A DNA stretch of 55,267 nucleotides from Parcubacteria group bacterium (GCA_046597175.1 JBKJKY010000003.1:1-55267); one strand, 5' to 3'. Shown: positions 26,654 to 37,523, numbered from the stretch's first letter. The notes: a model not told the origin generated them from the sequence alone. Program-made: numbers and translations.

Positions 26654-27567
26654 ATACTAATCCCCCTTGTCATATTTGTGGCACTTCCTCAGCATTTTTT
26701 ATGTCAAAAGATGGTTTCGACGAGTACCTATGCCCGAAATGTCATCTCTCATTTGTCTTTCCTCAGCCGAGTGCGCAGTGGCTTGCCGAGGAAATATATT
26801 CACTCGAATCTGGATACCAGAGAAATAAAAGTTCGGATCTTTCTCGTGAAAATGAGGGCCTACGGTTTGGAAGGGTCCTTGATTATGTAGCAAAAACCAA
26901 GCCAGGAGGTAGGTTTCTTGATGTTGGCTGTTCAAGTGGGCAGGTAATGTACTGGGCAAGAAAGAGGGGGCTTGTACCATCCGGTGTTGAGATAAACAAA
27001 CGCACCGCAGATATAGCGCTTGCAAATGGTTTCCCGGTGTTTAATGGCTTTCTCGAGAATGCACCATTTGAAAAAAAATCATTCGATGTGGTGTTTTTAG
27101 GTGACGTGATTGAGCATGTCAATAACCCCCGAGAATTTATCTCCGAAGTTGTGTCTTTTTTGAAACCAAATGGAATCATTGCAATCTCTACCCCAAATGT
27201 AGATTGTGCTTGGTCACACGTAACATTGTGGTTTAGTAAGGTGTTTAATATCCCGTGGACTTCAGCGACACCCCCGTATCATTTGTTTCAGTTCAACCAT
27301 AAGACTCTCTCGATGCTTATGGACGAGTTTGGTATGAGTACCCAAAAAGCTTTTTTCTTGCCACCGCCAAGTCTTCGGTATGAACTTGGCTCACTCCATC
27401 TTTTAAAAAGATACAAAAAAGAGAAAACATTCGGTAGCGCTCTCTCTATGATTTTTGCTTTTTCAGTATATATTTTAGTATACGGAGTAAATTTCATACT
27501 GCACCCAATCCTAAAAAAAGACTTCCAAATGTCTGTGGTGTATGGGGGAGTAAGTAAATTATCATAA
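26644..27567 (+). CDS. class I SAM-dependent methyltransferase with an N-terminal Cys4 zinc-ribbon
   Basis: CHICG...CPKCH followed by FLDVGCSSGQ and GDVIEHVNNPREF. The start could be 26644 or 26650 (ATGA overlap). Confidence 0.8.
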   Translation: MFMNTNPPCHICGTSSAFFMSKDGFDEYLCPKCHLSFVFPQPSAQWLAEEIYSLESGYQRNKSSDLSRENEGLRFGRVLDYVAKTKPGGRFLDVGCSSGQVMYWARKRGLVPSGVEINKRTADIALANGFPVFNGFLENAPFEKKSFDVVFLGDVIEHVNNPREFISEVVSFLKPNGIIAISTPNVDCAWSHVTLWFSKVFNIPWTSATPPYHLFQFNHKTLSMLMDEFGMSTQKAFFLPPPSLRYELGSLHLLKRYKKEKTFGSALSMIFAFSVYILVYGVNFILHPILKKDFQMSVVYGGVSKLS

Positions 27568-27575
27568 CAACTTAT

Positions 27576-28259
27576 ATGAACGAACATTCCAAACGATTTG
27601 AAACGGTGGAGAAATCTCGAACTTTCGCACATATCTGCGAATTATTTGGCCTGAAATCAAAAAACGTTGTCGACATTGGATGCGGGCATGGTCACTACCT
27701 TACACATTTTGGAGAGGGTAGTGTAGGGCTTACGACAGCGAATGATGAAGTTGCATATGGCAAAGAACATAACCTCAACATCATTTTTGGCAACGCAGAA
27801 TATCTTGATGAGTATATAGGGGAGAAAAAATATAACGCTTTTTGGGCAAACAATCTGTTTGAGCACCTGCTCTCGCCTCATGCGTTTTTAATGAAGCTCA
27901 AAAAAAATGCAACGGGTACCTCTATACTTATTCTCGGTGTTCCGGTGATTCCCAAAATTGTTTCTTTGGTTCATCTCAAGTTGTTTCGGGGAATGCTTGC
28001 GAGCAATCACATTAATTTCTTTACAGCGGACTCACTGTCCCTGACGGTAGCGAGGGCAGGATGGAAAGTTAATCATGTCAGACCGTTCATATTCAAAAAT
28101 GCGCTCCTTGATCGATGTGTTCGTCCTTTTGCTCCTCACCTCTATGTAGTGGCTACTAATGATGAGTCCTTCAAGTACCCTCCAAAAAAAATAGGGGAAT
28201 GGAAAGATGACAGTCGATACAAGGATCTTCTTTCTATTACCCATCAGCATGAACAGTAA
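27576..28259 (+). CDS. class I SAM-dependent methyltransferase
   Basis: VVDIGCGHGHY (motif I) and NNLFEHLLSPHAF. Confidence 0.75.
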   Translation: MNEHSKRFETVEKSRTFAHICELFGLKSKNVVDIGCGHGHYLTHFGEGSVGLTTANDEVAYGKEHNLNIIFGNAEYLDEYIGEKKYNAFWANNLFEHLLSPHAFLMKLKKNATGTSILILGVPVIPKIVSLVHLKLFRGMLASNHINFFTADSLSLTVARAGWKVNHVRPFIFKNALLDRCVRPFAPHLYVVATNDESFKYPPKKIGEWKDDSRYKDLLSITHQHEQ

Positions 28260-29367
28260 ACTGATCTACATTGCAGATATTCGGTTACCAACAGACAAGG
28301 CACATGGTATTCAGATAATGAAGATGTGTGAAGCGTTTGCTTCACAAGAACAAAAAGTCGAACTCTGGGTTCCAAGGAGGCACACTCCAATCACTGAGAG
28401 TCCTTTTTTGTATTACCAAGTAAAGCATAATTTTGAAATACAATACTTGAGATGCCTTGACCTCACTCGCTTTGGGAGGCTGGGATTTTTTTTCCAAACA
28501 AGCACGTTTGCACTCCATGCCTTACTCAGGTCCTTTTTTCAGAATTCTACTGTGTTCTTTACTCGCGATCCAAACCTCGCACTACTCCTGCGTTTTGCTC
28601 GTAAAGAAGTTACCTGGGAGTCCCATATGGGACAATTGAATATTGCAACAAAGCTTTTGATCAAAACGAAAGTAAAAATGGTGCATATCAGCCAAGGTTT
28701 GTTTGATGTATACAAAAAACATGGAGCACTTCCAAAGCGTATGATTGTTGCGTCAGATGCAGTTGATATTGATCAATTCCACATATCACTTACAAAAAAT
28801 GAAGCGAGAGAAAAAATTGGACTGAAAAAAGATCAACATATAGTTTTGTACACAGGTCATTTGTATTCATGGAAGGGAGCAGATGTTCTTGCGGAAGCAA
28901 CAAGGATTTTGCCGAGTACTATCCATACAGTATTTGTCGGTGGCACCGACCATGACATCCAGAATTTTAAACACAGATATGGAGCGGTTGAGAACATTTC
29001 TATTATCGGCAAGAAGCCCCATAGTGAAATGCCTCTGTATATGAGAGCCGCGGATGTACTGGTGATTCCAAATAGCGCGAAAGAAGATATATCAAGGCTC
29101 TATACATCTCCTATGAAGCTTTTTGAATACATGGCAAGTGGTACTCCAATCGTTGCGTCAAATCTTCCGTCACTTCGTGAAGTTGTAGGCGGAGGAACCA
29201 GTTTTTTGTTTGAGTCGGATGATGCGGTAAGCTTAGCTAAGGAAATAGAAACAGTATTTCAAAGCCCTGAAGTTGCTGAGCAAAAAGCGCAATTAGCGTT
29301 TGAGAAAGTCCAAGCGTATTCTTGGAATAATCGTGCGAAGCAGATACTTACTTTTTTAAATATGTAA
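28249..29367 (+). CDS. glycosyltransferase family 4
   Basis: Starts at MNSKLIYIADI. TSPMKLFEYMASGTPIVASNLPSLREVV. An 11-nt overlap with the upstream gene. Confidence 0.85.
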   Translation: MNSKLIYIADIRLPTDKAHGIQIMKMCEAFASQEQKVELWVPRRHTPITESPFLYYQVKHNFEIQYLRCLDLTRFGRLGFFFQTSTFALHALLRSFFQNSTVFFTRDPNLALLLRFARKEVTWESHMGQLNIATKLLIKTKVKMVHISQGLFDVYKKHGALPKRMIVASDAVDIDQFHISLTKNEAREKIGLKKDQHIVLYTGHLYSWKGADVLAEATRILPSTIHTVFVGGTDHDIQNFKHRYGAVENISIIGKKPHSEMPLYMRAADVLVIPNSAKEDISRLYTSPMKLFEYMASGTPIVASNLPSLREVVGGGTSFLFESDDAVSLAKEIETVFQSPEVAEQKAQLAFEKVQAYSWNNRAKQILTFLNM

Positions 29368-29368
29368 T

Positions 29369-30013
29369 ATGAATTTACGAGCAAAAATTGCGAGAAGAAA
29401 ACTTGATGAAAAAGTAGCGCCCCACGCAAGTGGAGCGAAGACTCTTGAGGTGGGAGCATATGGAAGGTCAAGTTATGGAAGATTTTTTCCCAACCGTATT
29501 GGACTTGATGTCCGGCCTGGGGTGGGGGTTGATATCGTGGGAAGTGTATACGAGCTTCCATTTGAAGATGAAAGTTTTGATATTGTTCTCTGTATGGTAG
29601 TCATGGAGCACCTTGAAGATCCGCAGTCTGCAATACGAGAAATGAAACGAGTATTAAAGCCTGGAGGAAAAATACTTGTCTCAGTTCCTTTTCTTTTTCC
29701 TATTCATGACTCACCGGGAGATTATTGGAGATTTACGAAATATGGTTTCAAAGTATTATTTAAAGATTGGAATATTGTTGAACTATCTGCTGAAACAAAT
29801 TTTAACGAGACCTTTGCAGTGCTACTTCAGCGAGTTGGGTATCAGTCAAAATTTCGCTTCAATGCAGTTGCGAAAATCTTGATATTCTCACTCGCATGGC
29901 TACTTACTAAGTTGCCGGTGTTACCAACACAAGTCTATGGAGATATCGGAAAAACTGTCGAAGAGCCAGAGGCTTTCGCTAGTTCATTTTTTCTTGTGGC
30001 GGAAAAGATTTAG
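29369..30013 (+). CDS. SAM-dependent methyltransferase (type 11)
   Basis: VMEHLEDPQSAIREMKRVLKPGGKILVSVP. TAATATG junction with the upstream gene. Confidence 0.8.
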   Translation: MNLRAKIARRKLDEKVAPHASGAKTLEVGAYGRSSYGRFFPNRIGLDVRPGVGVDIVGSVYELPFEDESFDIVLCMVVMEHLEDPQSAIREMKRVLKPGGKILVSVPFLFPIHDSPGDYWRFTKYGFKVLFKDWNIVELSAETNFNETFAVLLQRVGYQSKFRFNAVAKILIFSLAWLLTKLPVLPTQVYGDIGKTVEEPEAFASSFFLVAEKI

Positions 30014-31574
30014 ATGATAAGTGATCTGCAAGGCGAATTGCGAGTGCACATATGGTATAGGTGGGGTTTGCACAGCCACTTGTAGGGAATACAGATCCAC
30101 TACACACGTAGAGGTTATCCGCGCTGTGTACTCTCAGGTTGGTATTTACAACGGAGGTGCGCACGTCCGTACCCATAACCGTACCACCAAGGTGGTGACT
30201 GGCGTCAAAATTAATTGGCCATGGGTCTGTATGCTCTAAGTTACCCTCATATACGCCGAGTTTCGATCTCTCAACTTCTTTTCTTAAAAGTTCATGGAGA
30301 GTTATCATAGACTTTCTATCAAGCTCTGTAGTCGTCAGATTCACAACTGGGAAAGGGTTCCCGTATATATCGAGTTCGGTACTCAGTGTCATGCAGTTTT
30401 TCTCACTCGGCTCCATTTCCATAAAGTTCCGTATCCGTATTCGCGTAATAGCAATTTCTTTTTTATCTTGAATTCGGTGTAAAGCGTAGTGGGCCACTGC
30501 TCGTATATCATGGAGTACGTGAATGAGTGACTCAGACATGTTCGGTACATTTTTTGCTACAACATCGTTGTCGTCACCGGTCTCGTTGTAATCTTTCAAG
30601 TGCATGAGTCCTTTCTGTTTCAGCTTCCAGTAGTTCAGAATATTCTTTGCGCGTTTTGTAAGCGTAATAAGTGAGTACACCCCGACGCTGTCGGTCCATG
30701 GGAACATGGGTTCAAATCGTATGTAGCTGTTTAGGATTCCAAGTTCCTCCTGGAGGGGTTCTTGTATTCGCAGACCCGTATATCCGGCAAATCCTGATTC
30801 AAGATACCCAAATAGATAGGGGAGTTTCTCGATTGGTTTGTGGAGGGTTATCATCCCAAAATTATTTTTTGGATGATTCATAAGGTATTTCCCGACTTGG
30901 TTTGTGTTATTTCCGATATTTGCGTTGAGGAGGAGGCGAGTAGACTCAAGTCCGCCTGCGCAGATGATAAATATTTTTGCCCGAATCTCGCGTACGTTAT
31001 TGTTGATATCAGCAATTTTGACAGAGGTTATGTTCTTGTCAGTGTCTTGAAGAATGTGAGTAACAGTAGAATCGAGGAGTACGGTAATATTTTTTTTAGT
31101 TAATAAGTCGTCATATCTTTTGCCAAAATGTACTGCTGGATCAGAAGCAAGAAATATTTTTTCCTCAAGATTTTTAAGTTCGAGTACAAAATCTCCCTGT
31201 TTTTTTACCGCATCAAATTGTGACTCCTCAAAATTTTCATAGGGAGCGAATCCGTACTCGTCTAATCTCTTATAGTATGGTTCGACATCTTGAAGTGTAA
31301 TGGGCCACTTCTTAAAATCAACAGGATCAAGTGGTGCTGAGAGCCCCGCCCAGGTATGCGAGGTGCCACCCCAGACTCTTTCCCTCGACTTCTCTTTGAT
31401 GACAATCTCACCAACACTCAGAACCTTTTTCACACCACTAAAATCTTGTATAAGTTTTCTCGACCCACTTTCAATGAGGCAAATAGATTCGTGTGTTTTT
31501 GAGAGTTCGTGTGCAAGGGTGATTCCAGCAGGTCCAGTGCCTATAATGCAATATGTATACATTAATAAAATCAT
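29979..31574 (-). CDS. GMC-family FAD-dependent oxidoreductase
   Basis: N-terminal CIIGTGPAGITLAHELS (dinucleotide fold). C-terminal HHLGGTVMG...NLYVCSGSVFPTSGCANPT. The start is ambiguous (31610, 31574 or 31562). The 3' end overlaps the convergent methyltransferase gene by 35 nt. Confidence 0.8.
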   Translation of the reverse strand: MILLMYTYCIIGTGPAGITLAHELSKTHESICLIESGSRKLIQDFSGVKKVLSVGEIVIKEKSRERVWGGTSHTWAGLSAPLDPVDFKKWPITLQDVEPYYKRLDEYGFAPYENFEESQFDAVKKQGDFVLELKNLEEKIFLASDPAVHFGKRYDDLLTKKNITVLLDSTVTHILQDTDKNITSVKIADINNNVREIRAKIFIICAGGLESTRLLLNANIGNNTNQVGKYLMNHPKNNFGMITLHKPIEKLPYLFGYLESGFAGYTGLRIQEPLQEELGILNSYIRFEPMFPWTDSVGVYSLITLTKRAKNILNYWKLKQKGLMHLKDYNETGDDNDVVAKNVPNMSESLIHVLHDIRAVAHYALHRIQDKKEIAITRIRIRNFMEMEPSEKNCMTLSTELDIYGNPFPVVNLTTTELDRKSMITLHELLRKEVERSKLGVYEGNLEHTDPWPINFDASHHLGGTVMGTDVRTSVVNTNLRVHSADNLYVCSGSVFPTSGCANPTYTICALAIRLADHLSSKSFPPQEKMN

Positions 31575-31615
31575 AGCATCCAAGGGTCTTTTCGGGTAGA
31601 ATTGGCTCAAAATAT

Positions 31616-32671
31616 ATGAAAATCGGGTTTTTAGTTAAAACAGTGAACCCCAAAAATGGGGCTGGGAGATATGCTTCAGATATCATTGAGGGCTTACGAG
31701 TCAAAGGTCATACTGTGATTGTCCTTAAGGAAGAAGATGATGGATATGAAGGAGAGGTTGTGCTCAAAAGAGGGATACAGATTTTCTCTGGAGTTCGGGG
31801 GCTGGCAAAAAAACTCGAAGACTGCGATGTCATTCACGCCATTGATGGATACCCGTATGGCATCATTGGTTGGCTCATAAACAGAAAGTTACAAAAAAAG
31901 TTAGTGATTAGTGCACTCGGAACATATGCAGTCGCTCCGCTCTATAGATGGCAAACAGCGTTTATGCTAAAGCAAGCATATAAAAAGGCACATAGGGTTA
32001 TTGCAATTAGCACACTGACCAAAAATAAAATTTTAGAAAAAATAACACTGAGTAATATTGTAGTAGTAAATCCTGGTATCAAAATTGAGAAGCATTCTGA
32101 GAGTAGAGAGTTAGACGAGCAATACATACTAGGGGTCGGAGCTCTCAAAGAAAGAAAGGGGTATCACATTGCACTCTCTGCCTTTGCAGAAATTGCGCAA
32201 GAGTTTCCAGAGTTACGATACAAAATAGTAGCTGACCCTGACCGAGCATATAAAGTTATTTTGGAAGCATTTCTCAAAGACCGAGGGCTGTTTGATCGTG
32301 TAGATTTTTTGAGCTTCATTCCTGAGGAGTCGCTCGCTGATTTATATGAAAAGGCTTCAATCTTTGTATTAACTCCAATTAATACCACAGACAATCATTT
32401 TGAAGGATTTGGTATAGTGTATCTTGAGGCAGCTTCCTATGGCTTGCCAGTCATTGGAACTCTCGGGTCTGGGGGGGAGGATGCGATACAAGACGGAGTA
32501 AATGGAATATTAGTTCAGCAAGGTGATGTGAAAGAAACAGCTGAGGCAATGAGGAAAATTCTTTTAGATGTAGGTGTAAGAAATGCTATGATAGAAAAAA
32601 GTTTTGGGTGGGCACAATGCAACACCGTAGAGATGGAGGTAAATGCCGTATTAAAAGTGTATCAATCATAA
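31616..32671 (+). CDS. glycosyltransferase family 4
   Basis: 351 aa. NHFEGFGIVYLEAASYGLPVIGTLGSGGEDAIQDGVNGILV. Confidence 0.85.
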   Translation: MKIGFLVKTVNPKNGAGRYASDIIEGLRVKGHTVIVLKEEDDGYEGEVVLKRGIQIFSGVRGLAKKLEDCDVIHAIDGYPYGIIGWLINRKLQKKLVISALGTYAVAPLYRWQTAFMLKQAYKKAHRVIAISTLTKNKILEKITLSNIVVVNPGIKIEKHSESRELDEQYILGVGALKERKGYHIALSAFAEIAQEFPELRYKIVADPDRAYKVILEAFLKDRGLFDRVDFLSFIPEESLADLYEKASIFVLTPINTTDNHFEGFGIVYLEAASYGLPVIGTLGSGGEDAIQDGVNGILVQQGDVKETAEAMRKILLDVGVRNAMIEKSFGWAQCNTVEMEVNAVLKVYQS

Positions 32672-32673
32672 TT

Positions 32674-33321
32674 ATGTATATTTTTCAGCCAGACAGATAC
32701 ATTTTAGATTTGCAGATAAAAGAAGCGAGTAAATTTATTCGCGGTAACGTATTAGATGTTGGTGCTGGGGAGGTCAATCGATATAGTAAATATTTTACCT
32801 ACGACAAATATGTAAGGATGGATTTAAACCATGGTGAAAAGGTTGATTTGATCGGAAGTGCAGATAATATCCCCATGCCGGATGGAAGTTTTGATTCAGT
32901 AATCTGCACGCAAGTTTTTGAACACTTAAAGGATCCAGATAAGAGTGCGAAAGAGATATATCGCGTACTAAAACCTGGCGGAACTCTTTTGGTTACAGTG
33001 CCACAAATGAATGAACTTCATGAAGAACCTCATGATTATTGGAGGTATACAAAATTTGGTTTAGAAGAATTGTTCGGGGCAGTGGGTTTTAAGACGATAC
33101 ATATTGACCAGAGGGGTGGATTTTTCTCAACGATGGCACAGATGGCTATTCGGTACATGATCGACCGTTTTGCCTTGTATAAGAAACCAAGCGTTATGGG
33201 GAAAATCATCGCTCTTTTCTGTAAACTTATTGGTAAAGTTTCTATGAAAATTGATGCCTGGGATAGGAGTGTCGCAAACAGAAAACATACTATCGGATGG
33301 TGCTTCGTTTTTAGGAAATAA
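32674..33321 (+). CDS. SAM-dependent methyltransferase (type 11)
   Basis: Starts at MYIFQPD. VLDVGAGE and TQVFEHLKDPDKSAKEIYRVLKPGGTLLVTVP. Confidence 0.8.
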   Translation: MYIFQPDRYILDLQIKEASKFIRGNVLDVGAGEVNRYSKYFTYDKYVRMDLNHGEKVDLIGSADNIPMPDGSFDSVICTQVFEHLKDPDKSAKEIYRVLKPGGTLLVTVPQMNELHEEPHDYWRYTKFGLEELFGAVGFKTIHIDQRGGFFSTMAQMAIRYMIDRFALYKKPSVMGKIIALFCKLIGKVSMKIDAWDRSVANRKHTIGWCFVFRK

Positions 33322-33329
33322 ACATAACC

Positions 33330-34568
33330 ATGAAGATTGTAATCCTTTCTGATGATTTCCCCCCGAAAAGTTTAGGTGGGGCAGGAATAGTGGCTTATAT
33401 GCAGGCCAAAGAACTCTCACGCAGAGGTCATTCGGTTTCAGTTGTTACTACTTTCCAAGATAAAGGAGTCGACGAGAAGATGGATGTTGAGGGCCTGACT
33501 GTTTATAGAATTCGGACAAACTACAGTATGTTTTTTAGGGCCTATATAGGGCTCTATAATCCAACCGTTGTTTTCAAAGTGAAAAAAATTTTAGGGGATA
33601 TATGTCCTGATGTAGTGCATGCCCATAATGTTCATCAGTTCCTGTCGTACAAAGTTTTGGACTATGCAAAGCGATATGCAAAAAAAGTATACATCACTTT
33701 TCATGACGGCATGTCGGTGCACTATACAAAGCTATATCCGAAAGTGGGCCAGGCGCAAGGGAGAGCTTTTGACTATCAGATTTCATGGCTTTCTCAATTA
33801 CGAAATTTTAGGCTCCAGTACAATCCATTTCGAAATACTGTTATCAAACACTATTTGAAGAATGCAGACCATTTATTTTCAGTGAGCCACGCGCTCAAGC
33901 AGGCATTAGAGCAAAATGGGTTAAAAAATATTGAAGTGTTGCACAATGGAATCGATTTGAAAGATTTTGTATACGATGAAGATGCGGTTGCTCACTTTAA
34001 AGCTAAGAATCATTTAGTTAATAAAAAAGTACTATTTTTTTCAGGACGCATCAGTAAAGCGAAGGGTGTCGATGTGTGCCTTCGGTTACTCAAAGAACTT
34101 TCTTTGACCATTCCCGAAGTGAGACTACTCATTGCGGGAAAGAAAAATACATATGTTGAGAAAATTTTACAAAGAGAAGACACGCAAGGACTTGCCTCAA
34201 AAGTTATTTTTGCTGGATGGCTCGGCAGAGAGGATGTAATTTCAGCATATTTTGCATCAGATTTGATTCCTGTCCTTTCGACCTATCTTGATCCATTTCC
34301 GACTACTAATCTCGAAGCGATGGCTGCAAAAAAGCCAGTTCTCGGCACGTGTTTCGGAGGCACCCCAGAGATAGTGGTGGATGAACAAACTGGCTACATC
34401 GTTGACCCGAACAATTTTGAAGATGTCCTTAAAATAGCTTTACGAGTATTGCGTGATGAAGGTCTAGCAAAAAAGCTCGGAGAGGCTGGGTATGAAAGAG
34501 TTGTGAAAAACTTTCCTTTGAGATCACAAGTTGATTGTCTAGAAAGAATATATAACTCAAGTCAATAG
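33330..34568 (+). CDS. glycosyltransferase family 4
   Basis: 412 aa. MKIVILSDDFPPKSLGGAGIV at the N-terminus and DPFPTTNLEAMAAKKPVLGTCFGGTPEIVVDEQTGYIV. Confidence 0.85.
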   Translation: MKIVILSDDFPPKSLGGAGIVAYMQAKELSRRGHSVSVVTTFQDKGVDEKMDVEGLTVYRIRTNYSMFFRAYIGLYNPTVVFKVKKILGDICPDVVHAHNVHQFLSYKVLDYAKRYAKKVYITFHDGMSVHYTKLYPKVGQAQGRAFDYQISWLSQLRNFRLQYNPFRNTVIKHYLKNADHLFSVSHALKQALEQNGLKNIEVLHNGIDLKDFVYDEDAVAHFKAKNHLVNKKVLFFSGRISKAKGVDVCLRLLKELSLTIPEVRLLIAGKKNTYVEKILQREDTQGLASKVIFAGWLGREDVISAYFASDLIPVLSTYLDPFPTTNLEAMAAKKPVLGTCFGGTPEIVVDEQTGYIVDPNNFEDVLKIALRVLRDEGLAKKLGEAGYERVVKNFPLRSQVDCLERIYNSSQ

Positions 34569-34740
34569 TCAAACCAAAAAAAATATCGAGATTGCCAAAC
34601 TATCGTTTGCTGTACACAAATCATAAAATTTACTAAGCTAACTTGGGTGGATGTATGGCTTTGTGGCGAAAAGGTTTTGCTTTGCAAATTACATGCAGGA
34701 AGTAATATATTATTTTCTTAAGCTGTGTTAGAGTCATTTT

Positions 34741-35454
34741 ATGAAAGACGAAACAATTAACTTTTATGATAAAGAAAGTGGTATCTATACTGCCAAAAGA
34801 TACCCGAATCATGTAGAGAGTTATACTCAATACATTTTCCGCACACGACTAAATATCCTCCTCTCTTTTTTAAAGAAAAGTAAGCAGGTGATACCTATAA
34901 ACTCCTCTGTTTTTGAGATTGGTTGCGCTGATGGGGTTGTGTTTAAGTCTCTTGAGGGGAGCTTTCCTCATCGATTCTCAAAACTAGTTGGTGTCGACAT
35001 TTCACCAGGAATGATTGCTGAAGCTACGAAGCAAAATACGAACAAAAATACTTCGTTCACTTTGAGAGATGCTGCGCCTGCTGACCAGTACGACATAGTT
35101 CTTGAGATTGGTGTCCATGTATACAATCTTGATGCAGAGCTTGCCTATGTTTCGCAATTTCTGAAACCTAACGGCTACTTTGTATTCTCTGCTGCGGGGG
35201 GAAAGTCTTTGTACAAGAAAATAAAAATGAGAGATAAAGAATATTCCAAAGACTACCTTGTTTATTCGTCACTTGAGAAAGTGTTACAAAGATATTTTAC
35301 TATAGAAGACTCTGCTGTGTACGGGCTTTTTGTACCGAAACTTTGGCAAGTTGGAGCACTGGGAAGGTTTTTACAGCCAATCTTTGATGGAGTATTCCAG
35401 TTTATTCCAGAGTTATTCCACGAAAAGATATATCTTTTAAGAAAGTTAGACTAA
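34741..35454 (+). CDS. class I SAM-dependent methyltransferase
   Basis: VFEIGCADGV (motif I). TGtTAGAGT lies 6 nt upstream of the ATG. Confidence 0.75.
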   Translation: MKDETINFYDKESGIYTAKRYPNHVESYTQYIFRTRLNILLSFLKKSKQVIPINSSVFEIGCADGVVFKSLEGSFPHRFSKLVGVDISPGMIAEATKQNTNKNTSFTLRDAAPADQYDIVLEIGVHVYNLDAELAYVSQFLKPNGYFVFSAAGGKSLYKKIKMRDKEYSKDYLVYSSLEKVLQRYFTIEDSAVYGLFVPKLWQVGALGRFLQPIFDGVFQFIPELFHEKIYLLRKLD

Positions 35455-36720
35455 TACCGTTTCGGAATTTTTCTCTTTCACAAAGTACCACCAGTGCGCA
35501 ATGAGCATGATGAGCCAAGAAACTCCGTTCGCAACCACGGCACCTTCTAAACCGAATTTATAAATACATATAAAAGTTACAATCAGTGTAGAAATATTTC
35601 CGATGAGGTTTAGCTCGTACATCTTCCTCGTGGCTTTTTTGAGTTGAAAATATATTGCAAACAGAGAGATACCAGGAATGGTAATCATCCCGAGCATGTA
35701 GATTTCCGAGTAGAATACTGCTTCAAGATATTTTGGAAAAAGAATAGCAAAGATGTGTTGCGCAGTAAGAATATAGAACAAAATTGCGAGTGCAGTGAGT
35801 CCTGTTAACTGGAAAAACTTTTTTGTAATACTCACCCTCAACTCTTTCTCAGAGAGCTCAGCATATTTCGGAAGTGCTAGTCCAAAGATATTTTTGAGCA
35901 CCCCTTTGAGTTGATCCGGGATTGCTTGGGCAAAAGCATAAATTGCGAGCTCGAGTGCACCAAGATAGTGGAACACTAAAATCTTATCGAACTGATTCGC
36001 TACGGTCCCCAGGAGTCCCATGATACTTAAATGTTTCCCATAAGGTATAAGCGTGTGGTCCTGCTCAGTATTTATAGAAAAACTGTTGAGTGTTCGTCTG
36101 TATGCAAAGATGGTAGAAAGTGTGTTTACAGTAAAGTAGGTCAGCACCATGAGTGTAATATTTTTTGTCAGTACCGCAACAATAATGATGCCTACAGTAT
36201 TCAAGAGTTGAGTTATCAGTGAATAGAGGGTAACCTTCTTAAAATCCTTTTTCCCCACTAGATAGTTGCCATAGAGCGTGAAGGCTTGGCTGAGGGGGAG
36301 GGCTACTCCGGCAATGAGCATCGAAAAGCCGAGTGTCGGGTTTCCTTGTAAAAAGTAGTAAGTCGAAGCGCATAGAGCAGCGAGCGTAATGAGAGATCCC
36401 CATCTGAGTGTCGATCGTACTGCGGTTTTCAAGATTCCTTCAAAACCCTGCGAGACTCCTTGAGCCACTACTGACCCCATACCTGTTAGTGAGAGTGCTC
36501 CTAAAATGCTTGTGGTGGCAATGATAAATTTATAATTACCATATATATCTTTTGAGATAAGGTTTGCAAAAAATAGTGAACTCGCAAACGCGATACCTGC
36601 AGAGAGTACTTGCCCAATACCGAGCCAGCTACCACCCTTTGTGAGGTATACCATATCGGTTTTGGTGTACTGTTCGCTCCATCTAATTGCTCGGTATGCT
36701 TTTTGTCGTACGGTTTCCAT
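35446..36720 (-). CDS. Wzx-like polysaccharide flippase (MOP superfamily)
   Basis: 424 aa with about 12 TM segments, in a glycan cluster. A 9-nt convergent overlap with the preceding gene. Confidence 0.7.
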   Translation of the reverse strand: METVRQKAYRAIRWSEQYTKTDMVYLTKGGSWLGIGQVLSAGIAFASSLFFANLISKDIYGNYKFIIATTSILGALSLTGMGSVVAQGVSQGFEGILKTAVRSTLRWGSLITLAALCASTYYFLQGNPTLGFSMLIAGVALPLSQAFTLYGNYLVGKKDFKKVTLYSLITQLLNTVGIIIVAVLTKNITLMVLTYFTVNTLSTIFAYRRTLNSFSINTEQDHTLIPYGKHLSIMGLLGTVANQFDKILVFHYLGALELAIYAFAQAIPDQLKGVLKNIFGLALPKYAELSEKELRVSITKKFFQLTGLTALAILFYILTAQHIFAILFPKYLEAVFYSEIYMLGMITIPGISLFAIYFQLKKATRKMYELNLIGNISTLIVTFICIYKFGLEGAVVANGVSWLIMLIAHWWYFVKEKNSETVLV

Positions 36721-36773
36721 TTGTATTCACAATGATAGAATAAGCGGTACTAATAAACAAATAATGGCATTTC

Positions 36774-37523
36774 ATGAATGATCTTACCCCGTATAGTCCG
36801 CAGTGGTTTCAAAAACAAAAAATAGGGTCATTAAAGTCAGCAGAAGTAGTATTGCCTGTAGTATTCGATCTTGTCTCTCCAAAGTCAGTAGTTGATGTGG
36901 GCTGTGGTGTGGGTATGTGGCTTGAAGCGTGCATAAAGCTCGGAGTTAAAGATGTGCTCGGGGTCGATGGTGAGTATGTAACTAGGACCGATCTCCATAT
37001 CCCTAAAGAGAATTTTATCGTAAAAGATTTAAATAAAACTTTCAGTATCGAGAAAACCTCAGATTTAGCGTTGTGCCTTGAGGTGGGGGAGCATCTCCCG
37101 CATGAGTCTGCGCCAATGTTGGTAAAAAGTTTAATTGATATTGCACCAGTCATTTTATTTTCAGCAGCGATCCCAAAGCAGGGAGGAACAAATCATGTAA
37201 ATGAGCAATGGCCTGATTATTGGGCTAATCTCTTTAAGCAAAAAGGGTACATACCAGTTGATTGTGTGAGACGTCGAGTGTGGCTTAACCCCAATGTGGA
37301 ATATTGGTATGCGCAGAATTGTATTCTCTTTGTCAAAGAATCTGAACTTACTGCATATCCGAAGTTACAAAAGGAAGTTGAGTATGGTTACTCGAGTGCG
37401 TTACCACTCGTACACCCCCGAAAGTATTTTTACGCACTCATTCCTCCTCCATCTTTTCTGTTTCGGGTAAAGAGAAAGGCTAAAACGCTCTTGAAAAAGA
37501 TTTTTATGCCAAAAAATTCTTAA
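36774..37523 (+). CDS. class I SAM-dependent methyltransferase
   Basis: VVDVGCGVGMW and LCLEVGEHLP. Confidence 0.75.
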   Translation: MNDLTPYSPQWFQKQKIGSLKSAEVVLPVVFDLVSPKSVVDVGCGVGMWLEACIKLGVKDVLGVDGEYVTRTDLHIPKENFIVKDLNKTFSIEKTSDLALCLEVGEHLPHESAPMLVKSLIDIAPVILFSAAIPKQGGTNHVNEQWPDYWANLFKQKGYIPVDCVRRRVWLNPNVEYWYAQNCILFVKESELTAYPKLQKEVEYGYSSALPLVHPRKYFYALIPPPSFLFRVKRKAKTLLKKIFMPKNS

